Assembly (NCBI RefSeq): GCF_001194135.2
Contig: NC_069001.1
Location: 7,819,514 to 7,864,443, forward strand
Source of the DNA: Octopus bimaculoides
Taxonomy: Eukaryota
Direction: 5' to 3'
DNA length: 44,930 nucleotides
Part shown: positions 1 to 12,500 of the stretch, piece after piece
Layout: the number at the start of each line of letters is the position of its first letter
Position numbering within the stretch: position 1 is the stretch's first letter
Notes under the pieces: model-generated
The model's input: the letters and a program-made list of their open reading frames with translations, nothing else
Databases searched by the model: none
Told to the model about the DNA's origin: nothing
Program-made: the position numbers and the translations under genes

Positions 1-179
1 ATGTATGTATATCTATCTGTCAATCTATCTTCGCTTCGAATTCACTGTCGTCACCATTCTTCCTGTAAAAGAATAATAAATATGTTGTACTCCATCAAAA
101 AATTTCGAATAATTCTTCAGTTTAATGCCAAAGTTTAATTTTCATAATTCGACATAAAACAAACATTACTACACGCACG

Positions 180-216
<37 letters not shown>

Positions 217-761
217 GGATATATATGTAAATCGTATGTATATGTGTGTTTGTGTATGTAAATGTATGTGTGTATTTGATTGCAGATTCTTCTTTAATAA
301 GCGGAATTGTATTTCCAAACATTACCATATAATAATAATGCATTCTGAAATGGAATCTCAGGCTGCATTGATGCAGTCAGGTGTTTTCTATATCGCTAAT
401 GAATATCTTTGGCTTCAGATTACAATTCGACAATCCAAACGATGCCTCTGGGGCAATGTCTTAAATGTCGAAAGATCTTTATATTTTCTTTATTTTGTAC
501 GATTACCGATTTTTGTTCTTGAATGTTGCTTACATATTTTGAAGTAATTTGATTTTGAAATAGAATAGCGTAGGGATTTGAGAAAAAATATATTTATGTA
601 TGTATCTAGGATGTGGAAGGAAATTCCAAACAAGCTTCCATATTTCAAAACTAATATTTGAAGTTTTAAAATAAATTTCAGTTAATAAAGGCAATCAGTC
701 AGTGAAGGAGAGGGAAAGACAAATAAACGTTTATACGTACATACATACGAATATAGGTATA

Positions 762-880
762 AAGGTGCAGGCGTGACTGTGTGGTGAGAAATTTGATTCC
801 CAGTCACATAGTTCCGGGTTCAGTCCCATTGGGTGGCACCTTGGGCAAGTGTCTTCTTCTATAGTCTCAGGCCGACCAAA
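762..880 (+). mobile_element. tRNA-derived CORE-like SINE, 5' half (family B)
   Basis: ggcgtgactgtgtggtgagaa...gttccgggttcagtccc (A/B-box-like), then ggcaccttgggcaagtgtctt (recalled as MIR/CORE-like). Homologous to 23208, 30678 and 41928. Confidence 0.85.
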
Positions 881-916
881 TATACATACATACACATGTT
901 ATGTTACATTTTTGAA

Positions 917-1108
917 CAAATTACTTAGCAACAATTTATCCGTCTTCGTGTTCTGAGTTCAAAGTCCACCGAGGTCGACTTTACCTTTCCTTCTTTAGGG
1001 TCGATAAAATAAGCACCAGTTGAAAACTGGAGTCGATGTAATCGACTCATCCTCTCCCGCAAAGTTGCTGCCCTTGTGACAAAATTTGAAATCATCATTA
1101 TTATCATT
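917..1108 (+). mobile_element. tRNA-derived SINE family A, 5'-truncated
   Basis: ttctgagttcaaagtccaccgaggtcgactttacctttcc...gggtcgataaaataagcaccag...tttgaaa plus ATT-type tail; many homologues in the window. Confidence 0.85.
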
Positions 1109-1116
1109 GTTCAGAT

Positions 1117-1310
1117 GGACAGCTGGCATAAGTTGTTACCACGCCGAGCAAAATGCTTAGCGACATTTTATCCGACTTTATGTTCTAAGCTCAAATGCCG
1201 TCGAGGTGGACTTTACCTCTCATCATTTCGGGGCCGTTGAGAACTGGGATCGATGTAAACGATTTAAGCCCTTCCCCAAAATTGCAGCTCTTGTGCTAAA
1301 ATTTGAAATC
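1117..1310 (+). mobile_element. SINE family A
   Basis: agctggcataagttgttacc...aaatgcttagcg...gaggtggactttacctctcatc...aaatttgaaa. Confidence 0.85.
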
Positions 1311-1313
1311 AGC

Positions 1314-1414
1314 ATAGATGTTTTCGATCTAGTTTGGATTCTTTGCCATCAAATTAGAATTCTTTGCAATCACATTTGATTGCAAAGAATCCAAACTAGA
1401 TCGAAAACATCTAT
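1314..1414. repeat. Fold-back inverted repeat, 33-bp perfect arms
   Basis: atagatgttttcgatctagtttggattctttgc (1314-1346) is the exact reverse complement of 1382-1414; extends to 41 bp with one mismatch. Confidence 0.95.
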
Positions 1415-1429
1415 ATTATAATTAATATT

Positions 1430-1648
1430 AAGGCGGTGAGCTGGCAGAATCGCTAACACACGCTGGATAAAATGCTTAACGTTATTTCGTCTGTCTTTAC
1501 GTTCTGAATTCAAATTCCGCCGAGGTCGATTTTACCTTTCATCCTTTCGGGGTCGATAAGTTAAGTACCAGTGAAACACTGGGCTCGATGTCATCGATTC
1601 ATCCCCACCTCCACCAAGCTGCCCTTGAGGCAAAAATTTGGAATAACT
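1430..1648 (+). mobile_element. SINE family A, near full length
   Basis: aaggcggtgagctggcagaatcgc...gaattcaaattccgccgaggtcgatttacctttcatcctttcggggtcgataagttaagtaccag. Confidence 0.9.
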
Positions 1649-1907
1649 ATTATAANNNNNNNNNNNNNNNNNNNNNNNNNNNNNNNNNNNNNNNNNNNNN
1701 NNNNNNNNNNNNNNNNNNNNNNNNNNNNNNNNNNNNNNNNNNNNNNNNNNNNNNNNNNNNNNNNNNNNNNNNNNNNNNNNNNNNNNNNNNNNNNNNNNNN
1801 NNNNNNNNNNNNNNNNNNNNNNNNNNNNNNNNNNNNNNNNNNNNNNNNNNNNNNNNNNNNNNNNNNNNNNNNNNNNNNNNNNNNNNNNNNNNNNNNNNNN
1901 NNNNNNN

Positions 1908-2050
1908 TCCGTCTTTATGTTCTCAGCCCAAATACTGCTGAAGTCGACTTTACCTCTCATTATTTCGGGGCCGTTGAGGACTGGGGGTTGATGTAACCGA
2001 CTTAAGCCCTTCTCTCCAAATTGCTGGCCTTGCTTCAAAATTTGAAACCA
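1908..2050 (+). mobile_element. SINE family A (5' part in gap)
   Basis: gtctttatgttctcagcccaaatactgctgaagtcgactttacc...aaatttgaaacc. Confidence 0.8.
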
Positions 2051-2569
2051 TTACTATATTGTGTGTTTGTGTTATTGTTTTTATTGGTGGAAAGAGTCAT
2101 CAGTAGAAAGAGTCGGTGTTCTACCTTAACAGATCATAATTAGATATACAATTAAAACGTTTTCATTGAACAGAAATATCAAAAAAATGTTTCTGTTTTT
2201 GGTTTTTGATTATTTCTTTTATAGTTTCTTTTTTTAAATAATTTCTTTCTCTGTTTTCTTAATTTGTCTATTTTATTGGAGAGATTAATTAATTAATTAA
2301 ATATATTTTTTTATGAAAATTGTATTTCGAAAACTTCTAACAAATATTTTCTTTCTCGAGATTTCTTTTCCTTTACAAAATTATTTTTCCTTGATTTTGT
2401 TTGAGTTTTATGCGTTTGTTATTGTTATTGTCGTTGTTTGTTTTGTTATGCTACGATTTTGAATTTTAATGAGGTGCATATATGTGTGTTTATGTGCGTA
2501 TATACGCGTGACCTTGTGTCGTATTTATACGCGCGCGCGCGCACATATACACACGCATGATATGTACAT

Positions 2570-2622
<53 letters not shown>

Positions 2623-2814
2623 AGTTTTTTGCTTATTATTATTATTATTACATACACGAGCGAGGAGACAAAAGAAAGAAACAAGCACTCAACACATTTA
2701 ATAAGAGTTACATATATTTGGCTGCCTGTGCCAGACGAGCTAGGTTTTAGTGGCAAGTTGCTTGAGGCTTAATCAAACTGTTTTAAATATAATAATAATA
2801 ATAATGGACAAGTT

Positions 2815-2905
2815 TAGCTCTAAAAAGACATCGCACCACCCGGTCCGTGAATCGAAACAACGATCACAATATCGTGAGCGCAACACCCTAACCATTATGC
2901 CATAT
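2815..2905 (-). mobile_element. tRNA-like SINE head, related to family C
   Basis: Reverse strand: tatggcataatggttagggtgttgcgctcacgat...gtttcgattcacggaccgg; A/B-box-like and similar to the head at 20556. Confidence 0.6.
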
Positions 2906-3409
2906 GACTGGTTATAATTCAAACGTTTCTAGCAGGACTTTATGACAGGGAAAGTATGATGTTGCTATAGTTTACTTCAATTTCTGTGACTAGATGTCAA
3001 ACACTAATCTGTCTGTGAAGCTTTTCTAAATTTAATTAGCTAATTTAATGATTTGTCACTAATTAACTCAAACTATTCAAACACAAAGTTTTCCAGAACT
3101 GTACGATTATATATATTTTATTAAATCAACGACTGAATGTTTGTTGCTTTTCTTTTTTACTATATTTTTGCATTACGTTTAGCTCGGGAAAATTTTCAGC
3201 CGTCTCCAGGTACAATCTTCATTTCACCATAAGTGTTTCGATAGTGATGCAGACGTCGCATTTTGTTGTAATGTTGTTTAGAACACCACTGCTCAGATCC
3301 ACTTGAATATTCCTGCTATGATCGACATTTACTAGATTTGACTTTGTATATAATTCGTTACTGTGGTTAGTAGTGTTTCTATTATCGTTAAAGAAGTCAC
3401 ACACACACA

Positions 3410-3496
3410 CACACATTCCTTGTTTTGTCCTGTGCTGTCCATAATGTTTTTCTTAATGTAAACCCTTGTGGTTAATAAAGAAATCAGTATTATTGC

Positions 3497-3529
<33 letters not shown>

Positions 3530-3535
3530 CGTCCT
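3410..3535. repeat. (CA)n and (ATT)n microsatellites around a short unique segment
   Basis: Direct reading. Confidence 0.8.
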
Positions 3536-4139
3536 GTTTTGTCATTTCATGTTGCTTTTATATTAGCCCTTGTGGCCAATAAAAGAATTCATTATTATTA
3601 TTTTTATTATTCATATTATAAATATTGTGGCTGTCGTCGTCCTCTTAGTAGTAGTAGTNNNNNNNNNNNNNNNNNNNNNNNNNNNNNNNNNNNNNNNNNN
3701 NNNNNNNNNNNNNNNNNNNNNNNNNNNNNNNNNNNNNNNNNNNNNNNNNNNNNNNNNNNNNNNNNNNNNNNNNNNNNNNNNNNNNNNNNNNNNNNNNNNN
3801 NNNNNNNNNNNNNNNNNNNNNNNNNNNNNNNNNNNNNNNNNNNNNNNNNNNNNNNNNNNNNNNNNNNNNNNNNNNNNNNNNNNNNNNNNNNNNNNNNNNN
3901 NNNNNNNNNNNNNNNNNNNNNNNNNNNNNNNNNNNNNNNNNNNNNNNNNNNNNNNNNNNNNNNNTGGTAATGGTGTTGGTGGTGGTGGTGGTGTTGGTGG
4001 TGGTGGTTGTGTTGGTGGTGGTGGTCGTCGTGGTAGTGTTGATGTTGGTTGTGGTGATGATGATAGTAGTGATGGTGTGAATGTATATACGTGTTTGTGA
4101 GTGCGAATATTTGTGTATATTAGTGTGTGCGTGCGCCTG

Positions 4140-4187
4140 TGCGTGTATGTATGTATGTATGTATGTATGCATGTATGTATTTATGTA

Positions 4188-4256
<69 letters not shown>

Positions 4257-4627
4257 GTGTGTTTGTGTATGTATATGTATGTATGTATATCACATATAAT
4301 ATTTATGCAAATATATGGACATTTACATATATACGCATATGTATGTATACACACGTTACATATGTATATATATAAATTTGTGTGTGTGCATACATTATAT
4401 ACATGTATATGTACATACATAAACATGTACATACATTCACTCACACACAGGTAATTATACATGTATATGTATATATGTGTGTGTGTGTGAGTATGTGTGT
4501 ATACATATATAGGTGAATATTTATACACACACATATATATATATATACACGCATATATATCCATATATATGTATATGTGTCTGTGTATACGTAAATATAT
4601 ACGCACATAATCACAGACACAGGCACC

Positions 4628-4711
<84 letters not shown>

Positions 4712-4800
4712 AACACGCATAAATATATACGTAGATACACACAAGCATACATATAAACTCATACATATACATACATACATACATACATACACACATATGC
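4140..4800. repeat. Compound (TATG)n/(TA)n/(CA)n microsatellite field
   Basis: Direct reading; accounts for the YI/HT/CV repeat ORFs. Confidence 0.95.
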
Positions 4801-5235
4801 ATACTTACAAACACACCTGGAGAGATGGTAAAGAGATGATAATCTAATTCGCAAGAAATCGATTTTTTTTTTTCTTCAAAATAACACATTCTCTGCCTAT
4901 TTCCTTAGTAATTTGCCTTTAATGAAATCTACCCCATCCCTGTTTCTTATGCTCTATCCCCCCCCCCATCACTGTTCCCTATTTCCATCCTTTTCTCTAT
5001 TCCTTACACTCAGCCCTAATAATATTTTTTCTCCCTCTCTCTCTCTCTCTCTCTCACCAAATTTATAAATCTGGAAAAATCGATTGAAACCAATTTCAAA
5101 CCTTTTCAATTTAGATCGCAAATGTGTGTATGTAGATATTCACACGTGTAGAGCCACAAACAGATACACACAAATATACACATATCTAGATGTTTATATA
5201 TTTATATTTATATATATATATATATATACTCTTAC

Positions 5236-5280
5236 TTTTTTTACTCTTTTACTTGATTCAGTCATTTGACTGCAGCCAGG
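5236..5280 (-). mobile_element. SINE 3' module D fragment
   Basis: ttacttgattcagtcatttgactgcagcca matches 30413 and 35040. Confidence 0.65.
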
Positions 5281-5433
5281 ACTTTTTCTGGTTAATCTTA
5301 TCGTAAATTTTGGCCGGCCGTGTACTTGGTAGCAAGGTTGTGAAGGAAAGTATCTTCTTTTAACCATCATCATTTAAGCCTCTAGAGGGCCTTGGAGATC
5401 TTTATTGTTCCAGACGCCGTGCTTCTTTGTAGC
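5281..5433 (-). mobile_element. R4/Dong-like RLE LINE, extreme 3' end
   Basis: 5432-5382 reads LQRSTASGTIKISKAL*, aligning with LQIKFLSGAVKICKTFLK* (about 15020) and LQVQSVSGTAKT (about 25390). The 5' junction abuts (TACA)n. Confidence 0.55.
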
Positions 5434-5470
5434 GTATGTATGTATGTATGTATGTATGTATGTATGTATG

Positions 5471-5570
5471 TATCTATGAATGAATGTGTGTATCTATGAA
5501 TGAATGTATGTTTCTATAGATGAATGTATGTATCTATGGATGAATGTATGTATCTATGAATGAATGTATG
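5471..5570. repeat. 20-bp minisatellite x5 derived from (TATG)n
   Basis: Unit tatctatgaatgaatgtatg with 0-3 substitutions per copy. Confidence 0.9.
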
Positions 5571-6686
5571 TATATATGCATGCATGCATGTATGAATGTA
5601 TGTCNNNNNNNNNNNNNNNNNNNNNNNNNNNNNNNNNNNNNNNNNNNNNNNNNNNNNNNNNNNNNNNNNNNNNNNNNNNNNNNNNNNNNNNNNNNNNNNN
5701 NNNNNNNNNNNNNNNNNNNNNNNNNNNNNNNNNNNNNNNNNNNNNNNNNNNNNNNNNNNNNNNNNNNNNNNNNNNNNNNNNNNNNNNNNNNNNNNNNNNN
5801 NNNNNNNNNNNNNNNNNNNNNNNNNNNNNNNNNNNNNNNNNNNNNNNNNNNNNNNNNNNNNNNNNNNNNNNNNNNNNNNNNNNNNNNNNNNNNNNNNNNN
5901 NNNNNNNNNNNNNNNNNNNNNNNNNNNNNNNNNNNNNNNNNNNNNNNNNNNNNNNNNNNNNNNNNNNNNNNNNNNNNNNNNNNNNNNNNNNNNNNNNNNN
6001 NNNNNNNNNNNNNNNNNNNNNNNNNNNNNNNNNNNNNNNNNNNNNNNNNNNNNNNNNNNNNNNNNNNNNNNNNNNNNNNNNNNNNNNNNNNNNNNNNNNN
6101 NNNNNNNNNNNNNNNNNNNNNNNNNNNNNNNNNNNNNNTATGTATGTATGTATGTATGTATGTATGTATGTATGTGTATGCATATACATATAGCTCTGTA
6201 TATGCATATATGTATGAATATATGTATGTATACATATATGTATATATGTATGAATGGATAGATGTATTGTGTATGCGTGTATGTATGTATGTATGTATGT
6301 ATGTATGTATGCATCTATATATGTTGGTATATATATGTGCATCTATATATGTATGCATTGATGGATGGATACGAGTATGAGCATGTATGTATATACGTAT
6401 ATGTATGTCGACATATAAAAGCCCATTAAAATTACAAAACGGACTTTAACAATGAATGGAGATAGCAACGAAAGAACGAAAACTGGGAACATCAATCCCT
6501 CTTCAGCTACCTAATCCGATATCTTCCTCGTTTCGATACCAAAACTTATAATCACTTCCTCCGACAGTATCAAAAGTGTTATATTAATAATAATAATGAT
6601 ATACACACATCATCGAAAATTTACCGAGTTGAAAATACTCATAAGCACATACATACACGCATCATTATGATGAATCTACCATGCAT

Positions 6687-6722
6687 TCACACGTGGACTC
6701 ACACGTGGACTCACACGTGAAC
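6687..6722. repeat. 12-bp tandem repeat x3 (tcacacgtggac)
   Basis: Direct reading; each unit contains CACGTG. Confidence 0.9.
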
Positions 6723-7481
6723 TCTCAGCATGCACGCACGCACAGCCCACCCCCACATCACACAGTCATGAGCAGATTTTTATTTGAAGTTCGAATAGAA
6801 AGGTTATACATATATTCTTCTTCGCCGAGATGTCGTGCCATCCTCTCATCTCCTCCTCCGCATATTTTAATATCCCTCCGCCTTCTACTCATCCACCCCA
6901 TCCTCGTCCTNNNNNNNNNNTGTGTACGTGTATACACGTACATGCCCATATATATATGTGTGTGTGTGTGTATACATATGTATATACGCATATATATATA
7001 TCATATACATTATATATATATACATATGTATATATACACACACATATATATATATATATATATACACATTATATATATATACATACAGATTATATATATA
7101 TATATATATATCATATACATTATATAAGCACACAAAGAATCACACATAATATATTTGAAGCGTTCAAAATTCTGGCTGAGTCCGAATGTTAGTGTCAAAG
7201 ACATGATTTTTTCTTGCTTTTTCTTTTTTGCTTTGCTTTTTGTTTTTAATATGACTGTCATAAAGTATTAAATTTATTGGAAGATAAATGGCAGAAGATA
7301 AATGGTAAAAGATAGTGGGGAAGAAATCTAAAATCAGAGACAAATATATGGATTCTCACTTTGTTAAAAAAGAATTGAATGGGGAGGTGAGGGGGGAACA
7401 AGAAAAAAATTGGAAATCGTATGACGGGAAAGATGAACGATAAACGGAAAGACTATAAATACAATAATGCATTCGAAGGAG

Positions 7482-7534
<53 letters not shown>

Positions 7535-8137
7535 CACCCACTCACACATATACATATATATATACATGCGTATATCTGTATATATATATACATGTATATA
7601 TATAAACGGGGGTAGCTGACGAAGGAAAATGTTCTCTATGTGGCTTGTGTGTTTTCTGTACTCTGATTATCATTATTTTCTTGTCTACGTTTTGTTTGCA
7701 ATGTCCTGTACCCAGATATGCACCTATACATACAGGTGGCTGTCGGTATGCACATACCTGTACGTATATATGCATACACATACCTGTACGTATATATATG
7801 CATACACTCATTTATTATTTGTTTATTTNNNNNNNNNNNNNNNNNNNNNNNNNNNNNNNNNNNNNNNNNNNNNNNNNNNNNNNNNNNNNNNNNNNNNNNN
7901 NNNNNNNNNNNNNNNNNNNNNNNNNNNNNNNNNNNNNNNNNNNNNNNNNNNNNNNNNNNNNNNNNNNNNNNNNNNNNNNNNNNNNNNNNNNNNNNNNNNN
8001 NNNNNNNNNNNNNNNNNNNNNNNNNNNNNNNNNNNNNNNNNNNNNNNNNNNNNNNNNNNNNNNNNNNNNNNNNNNNNNNNNNNNNNNNNNNNNNNNNNNN
8101 NNNNNNNNNNNNNNNNNNNNNNNNNNNNNNNNNNNNN

Positions 8138-8505
8138 AATATTGGGTTCAGATTTTGGTACAAGGCCAGCATTTTCAGGAGAGGGGATAAGTCTATTACA
8201 TCGATCAACTGGTATTTATTAAATCGATCTCAAATCGATGAAAGGCAAAGTCGACCTCGGCAGAATTTGAACTCATAACGTGAAGACGAGCAAAATGATA
8301 TCGGTGTGGCACAAAACGATCAACTTCAGGAGAGGGTATAAATCGATTACATAGGCCCCAGTGCTCAACTGGTACCCCGAAAGGATGATGAAAAACAACG
8401 TCGACCTCGAGGGAATTTGAACTCGGAACGTAAAGACGAACGAAATGCCGCTTAAGCGTTTTGCGTTTTTCCCGGCGTGCTAACGATTCTACCAGCTCAC
8501 CGCCT
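8138..8505 (-). mobile_element. Two head-to-tail SINE family A copies
   Basis: gatgaaaggcaaagtcgacctcggcagaatttgaactc and a second copy ending ctaccagctcaccgcct. Confidence 0.85.
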
Positions 8506-8619
8506 GAACAGACGACACAATATCGAAGATGATCCTTAAGCTGTAACATCATTAAGACAGAAAGAAGTTGAGCAAAAGCAACAACAACAACAGCAACAAA
8601 AAAAAAGAATGCTAGTCTC

Positions 8620-8795
8620 AACAGAATTAAAATGGCAGCTGTTGCAGGTAATTTTTTTTTATTCAGGAAATAGTGACAAATAAAAGAGAAATCAATGGAT
8701 ATTGTTCTGGATGAGGAAGAAATAGTTCACCATCCTGTAGAATTTCAAAATTCATTGGAGCCTTCAGGTCTTCAACTACACAGTCTTCGTAAACA
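8620..8795 (+). mobile_element. Decayed Helitron PIF1-like helicase fragment
   Basis: SMDIVLDEEEIVHHPVEFQNSLEPSGLQLHSLR resembles the recalled Helitron motif SID..D..EAV.YPTEFLNSL.P.GLPPH.L.LK. Upstream part is frameshifted; no continuation downstream. Confidence 0.6.
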
Positions 8796-10401
8796 ACGCA
8801 AACATCACAGACTTTTGGATAAAAAGGGAAAAAAAGAAAATAAAGGAATCCTCAATAACGCTGCCGCACATACAGGTATTCAGTTATACATATATACATG
8901 CATATATAGACATATACGCATACACATACACACACACGCACACACACATATATACGCACATACATATGACATGTAGATAAATAGACTGACAGATAGGTAT
9001 GTATATATATNNNNNNNNNNNNNNNNNNNNNNNNNNNNNNNNNNNNNNNNNNNNNNNNNNNNNNNNNNNNNNNNNNNNNNNNNNNNNNNNNNNNNNNNNN
9101 NNNNNNNNNNAGGCAGGCAGGCAGACATACATACATACATACAGACAGACAGACAGATAGATTGATAGATTGAAAGATAGCAATAACATGGACACCACAA
9201 TTGCAACAAATGTCAGAGCTAACAACTCTTCTGCACCACCACCGCCTCTCCTCATCTACCACCGTCACCACAACCATCAGGTAATCTTCTACTAATGCCA
9301 CCTCCACCGCCAATATCACCCGTTTGTCCAGTACTACCAACACGACCGCTTCATCTGACAACTATTTATGTACACAGCATATGTGTACTTACCTGTCAAT
9401 GAAGTATAAAATCTGTGAGTGTCTGCGTGCGTGGGCACGCGCGCGTGCGAGTGTGTGTGTGTGAATAATATGTGTCGATGCTTCCGTATGTTCTTTCAGT
9501 TGAAGCGGAAGTGCACAGTTTTGGGTGCCATCTTGTTTTAGAAGTGAAGCAATAGAATTTTCACAAGGTTTATTNNNNNNNNNNNNNNNNNNNNNNNNNN
9601 NNNNNNNNNNNNNNNNNNNNNNNNNNNNNNNNNNNNNNNNNNNNNNNNNNNNNNNNNNNNNNNNNNNNNNNNNNNNNNNNNNNNNNNNNNNNNNNNNNNN
9701 NNNNNNNNNNNNNNNNNNNNNNNNNNNNNNNNNNNNNNNNNNNNNNNNNNNNNNNNNNNNNNNNNNNNNNNNNNNNNNNNNNNNNNNNNNNNNNNNNNNN
9801 NNNNNNNNNNNNNNNNNNNNNNNNNNNNNNNNNNNNNNNNNNNNNNNNNNNNNNNNNNNNNNNNNNNNNNNNNNNNNNNNNNNNNNNNNNNNNNNNNNNN
9901 NNNNNNNNNNNNNNNNNNNNNNNNNNNNNNNNNNNNNNNNNNNNNNNNNNNNNNNNNNNNNNNNNNNNNNNNNNNNNNNNNNNNNNNNNNNNNNNNNNNN
10001 NNNNNNNNNNNNNNNNNNNNNNNNNNNNNNNNNNNNNNNNNNNNNNNNNNNNNNNNNNNNNNNNNNNNNNNNNNNNNNNNNNNNNNNNNNNNNNNNNNNN
10101 NNNNNNNNNNNNNNNNNNNNNNNNNNNNNNNNNNNNNNNNNNNNNNNNNNNNNNNNNNNNNNNNNNNNNNNNNNNNNNNNNNNNNNNNNNNNNNNNNNNN
10201 NNNNNNNNNNNNNNNNNNNNNNNNNNNNNNNNNNNNNNNNNNNNNNNNNNNNNNNNNNNNNNNNNNNNNNNNNNNNNNNNNNNNNNNNNNNNNNNNNNNN
10301 NNNNNNNNNNNNNNNNNNNNNNNNNNNNNNNNNNNNNNNNNNNNNNNNNNNNNNNNNNNNNNNNNNNNNNNNNNNNNNNNNNNNNNNNNNNNNNNNNNNN
10401 N

Positions 10402-10453
<52 letters not shown>

Positions 10454-10571
10454 CATACATATATATATATATATATGTATATATACACATACATATATAT
10501 ATATACATTATTTATACACAATACACACGCATATGTATGTCTATCTCTCAATCTATCTATCTGTCTACCTA

Positions 10572-10607
<36 letters not shown>

Positions 10608-10966
10608 GTTTCAGTATATTCCAAAGCCTATACATGCATTAGGCTCCTGCATGTCTGGATAAAACATTAATATATAGATCTACCTGTATGATATTATTAT
10701 GACCACAAGAGCAAGTGGTTGCATGAGACTGTTTGCTCGTCCAGGTGACAGAACCGCCAGTCACTTCTGCAGTGGATTTCCCTCAATATGATATGTTGTA
10801 GAACTTATCTACATATTCGGCACCAGCTTGGCTGCTGTTCAGAGCTGGGGATAAGCTAATTATATATTATACAGCAACACGCAAAACGCTCTCCACTGTT
10901 ATCGCAATTATGTATGTGTGCGATAGAATACGTTGATGGACTTCTATAGAAGCGCGCGTGCACTCA

Positions 10967-11005
<39 letters not shown>

Positions 11006-12030
11006 CAAGCAGTACTGTCATACACATACATACAAAGGGACACAAATTAACACTTTCTCACGTGCGCATATATACACGCGCATACGAACGCAATCGATAT
11101 ATTGATTGATACATACATACTCATACACGTGTATGCATATAAATTTTAATAACCTTATTATATATGCATTCGTACGTACGATTCTGTAAGTGTACATACA
11201 TATGTATATACATACGTGCATACTTAAAAAACATACATACTAACGTGTGTGTGTGTATATATATATCGCTTTTTAAGTTTATTTCTATAGATANNNNNNN
11301 NNNNNNNNNNNNNNNNNNNNNNNNNNNNNNNNNNNNNNNNNNNNNNNNNNNNNNNNNNNNNNNNNNNNNNNNNNNNNNNNNNNNNNNNNNNNNNNNNNNN
11401 NNNNNNNNNNNNNNNNNNNNNNNNNNNNNNNNNNNNNNNNNNNNNNNNNNNNNNNNNNNNNNNNNNNNNNNNNNNNNNNNNNNNNNNNNNNNNNNNNNNN
11501 NNNNNNNNNNNNNNNNNNNNNNNNNNNNNNNNNNNNNNNNNNNNNNNNNNNNNNNNNNNNNNNNNNNNNNNNNNNNNNNNNNNNNNNNNNNNNNNNNNNN
11601 NNNNNNNNNNNNNNNNNNNNNNNNNNNNNNNNNNNNNNNNNNNNNNNNNNNNNNNNNNNNNNNNNNNNNNNNNNNNNNNNNNNNNNNNNNNNNNNNNNNN
11701 NNNNNNNNNNNNNNNNNNNACAGACAGACAGATAGTCTTACATACATACATACCTACCAACCTACACACATACATACATACATGCATGCATGCATACATA
11801 CATACATTCCTCATACATACATACATACAAATATACATACATGCACATGCATATATGCATATATACATACATGCATACATAGTATAAATGCACACAGGCC
11901 TACATATATACAACAATGCATACATAAATTACACACATACATACACACATTCTTACACACATACAAACACACGCACATACACGCCCACGCATAATAAATA
12001 CATACATACACACATGCATACATACATACA

Positions 12031-12290
12031 GAAATCACGTGATATCTGGATGGTCATGGCTTTGCAGTCCAAGAACAGGTGATAACTAAGTCATGCTTGA
12101 TGAACAAAGAAGATAATGAAGCTCTTATACTCGGAGGTGCATCCAAACATATTCATTACTTCACATTTCTATGGCAGACGTTACACCTGGTACCCGCAGC
12201 TACCCGAAAATGTCATCTGGGTACAACATGCTGGTGTTGCTAAAACAATGTACGCCAACTGCAGGAAAAATTACCGTGGGTTAAATATAG
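12031..12290 (+). mobile_element. R4/Dong-like LINE fragment (post-RT / CCHC region), frameshifted
   Basis: Three frames give YLDGHGFAVQEQVITKSCLMNKEDN, ADVTPGTRSYPKMSS and QHAGVAKTMY, resembling recalled EGY.FAIQEQ.I.TKYL / EDI.HI.SSCPKMS / RHD.VAK motifs. Starts right after (CATA)n. Confidence 0.65.
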
Positions 12291-12324
12291 ATAATATCTC
12301 AGTTATTGGACACGTACATTGGTG

Positions 12325-12450
12325 CTGGCGTGGCTGTGTTATTAAGAAGCTAGCTTTGCAATCGTGTGGTTTCGGTTTCAGTTTCGATGTGTGGCACCTT
12401 AGGTAAGTATCTTCTATCATAGCTTGAGCGGACCAGTAGATTGTAACTGA
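12325..12450 (+). mobile_element. SINE family B, old and diverged
   Basis: ggcgtggctgtgttattaagaagc...gtggcaccttaggtaagtatcttctatcatagc. Confidence 0.75.
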
Positions 12451-12462
12451 ATGGATGCCTGT

Positions 12463-12500
<38 letters not shown>

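Noticed and set aside
330-470. HSEMESQAALMQS and LQFDNPNDASGAMS* as possible exons
   Set aside because: Implied intron only about 38 nt, weak splice signals, no recognisable homology.
3200-3320. Minus-strand EYSSGSEQWCSKQHYNKMRRLHHYRNTYGEMKIVPGDG* as a terminal exon
   Set aside because: No polypyrimidine tract at the acceptor and no recognisable family.
6490-6540. Minus-strand CTGAAGA followed by a ggga/tccc stem (similar motif at about 7617)
   Set aside because: No GAAA after stem II and no valid permuted topology; not a hammerhead as it stands.
12400-12410. AG|GTAAGT donor
   Set aside because: Lies inside a decayed SINE; no upstream acceptor evident.
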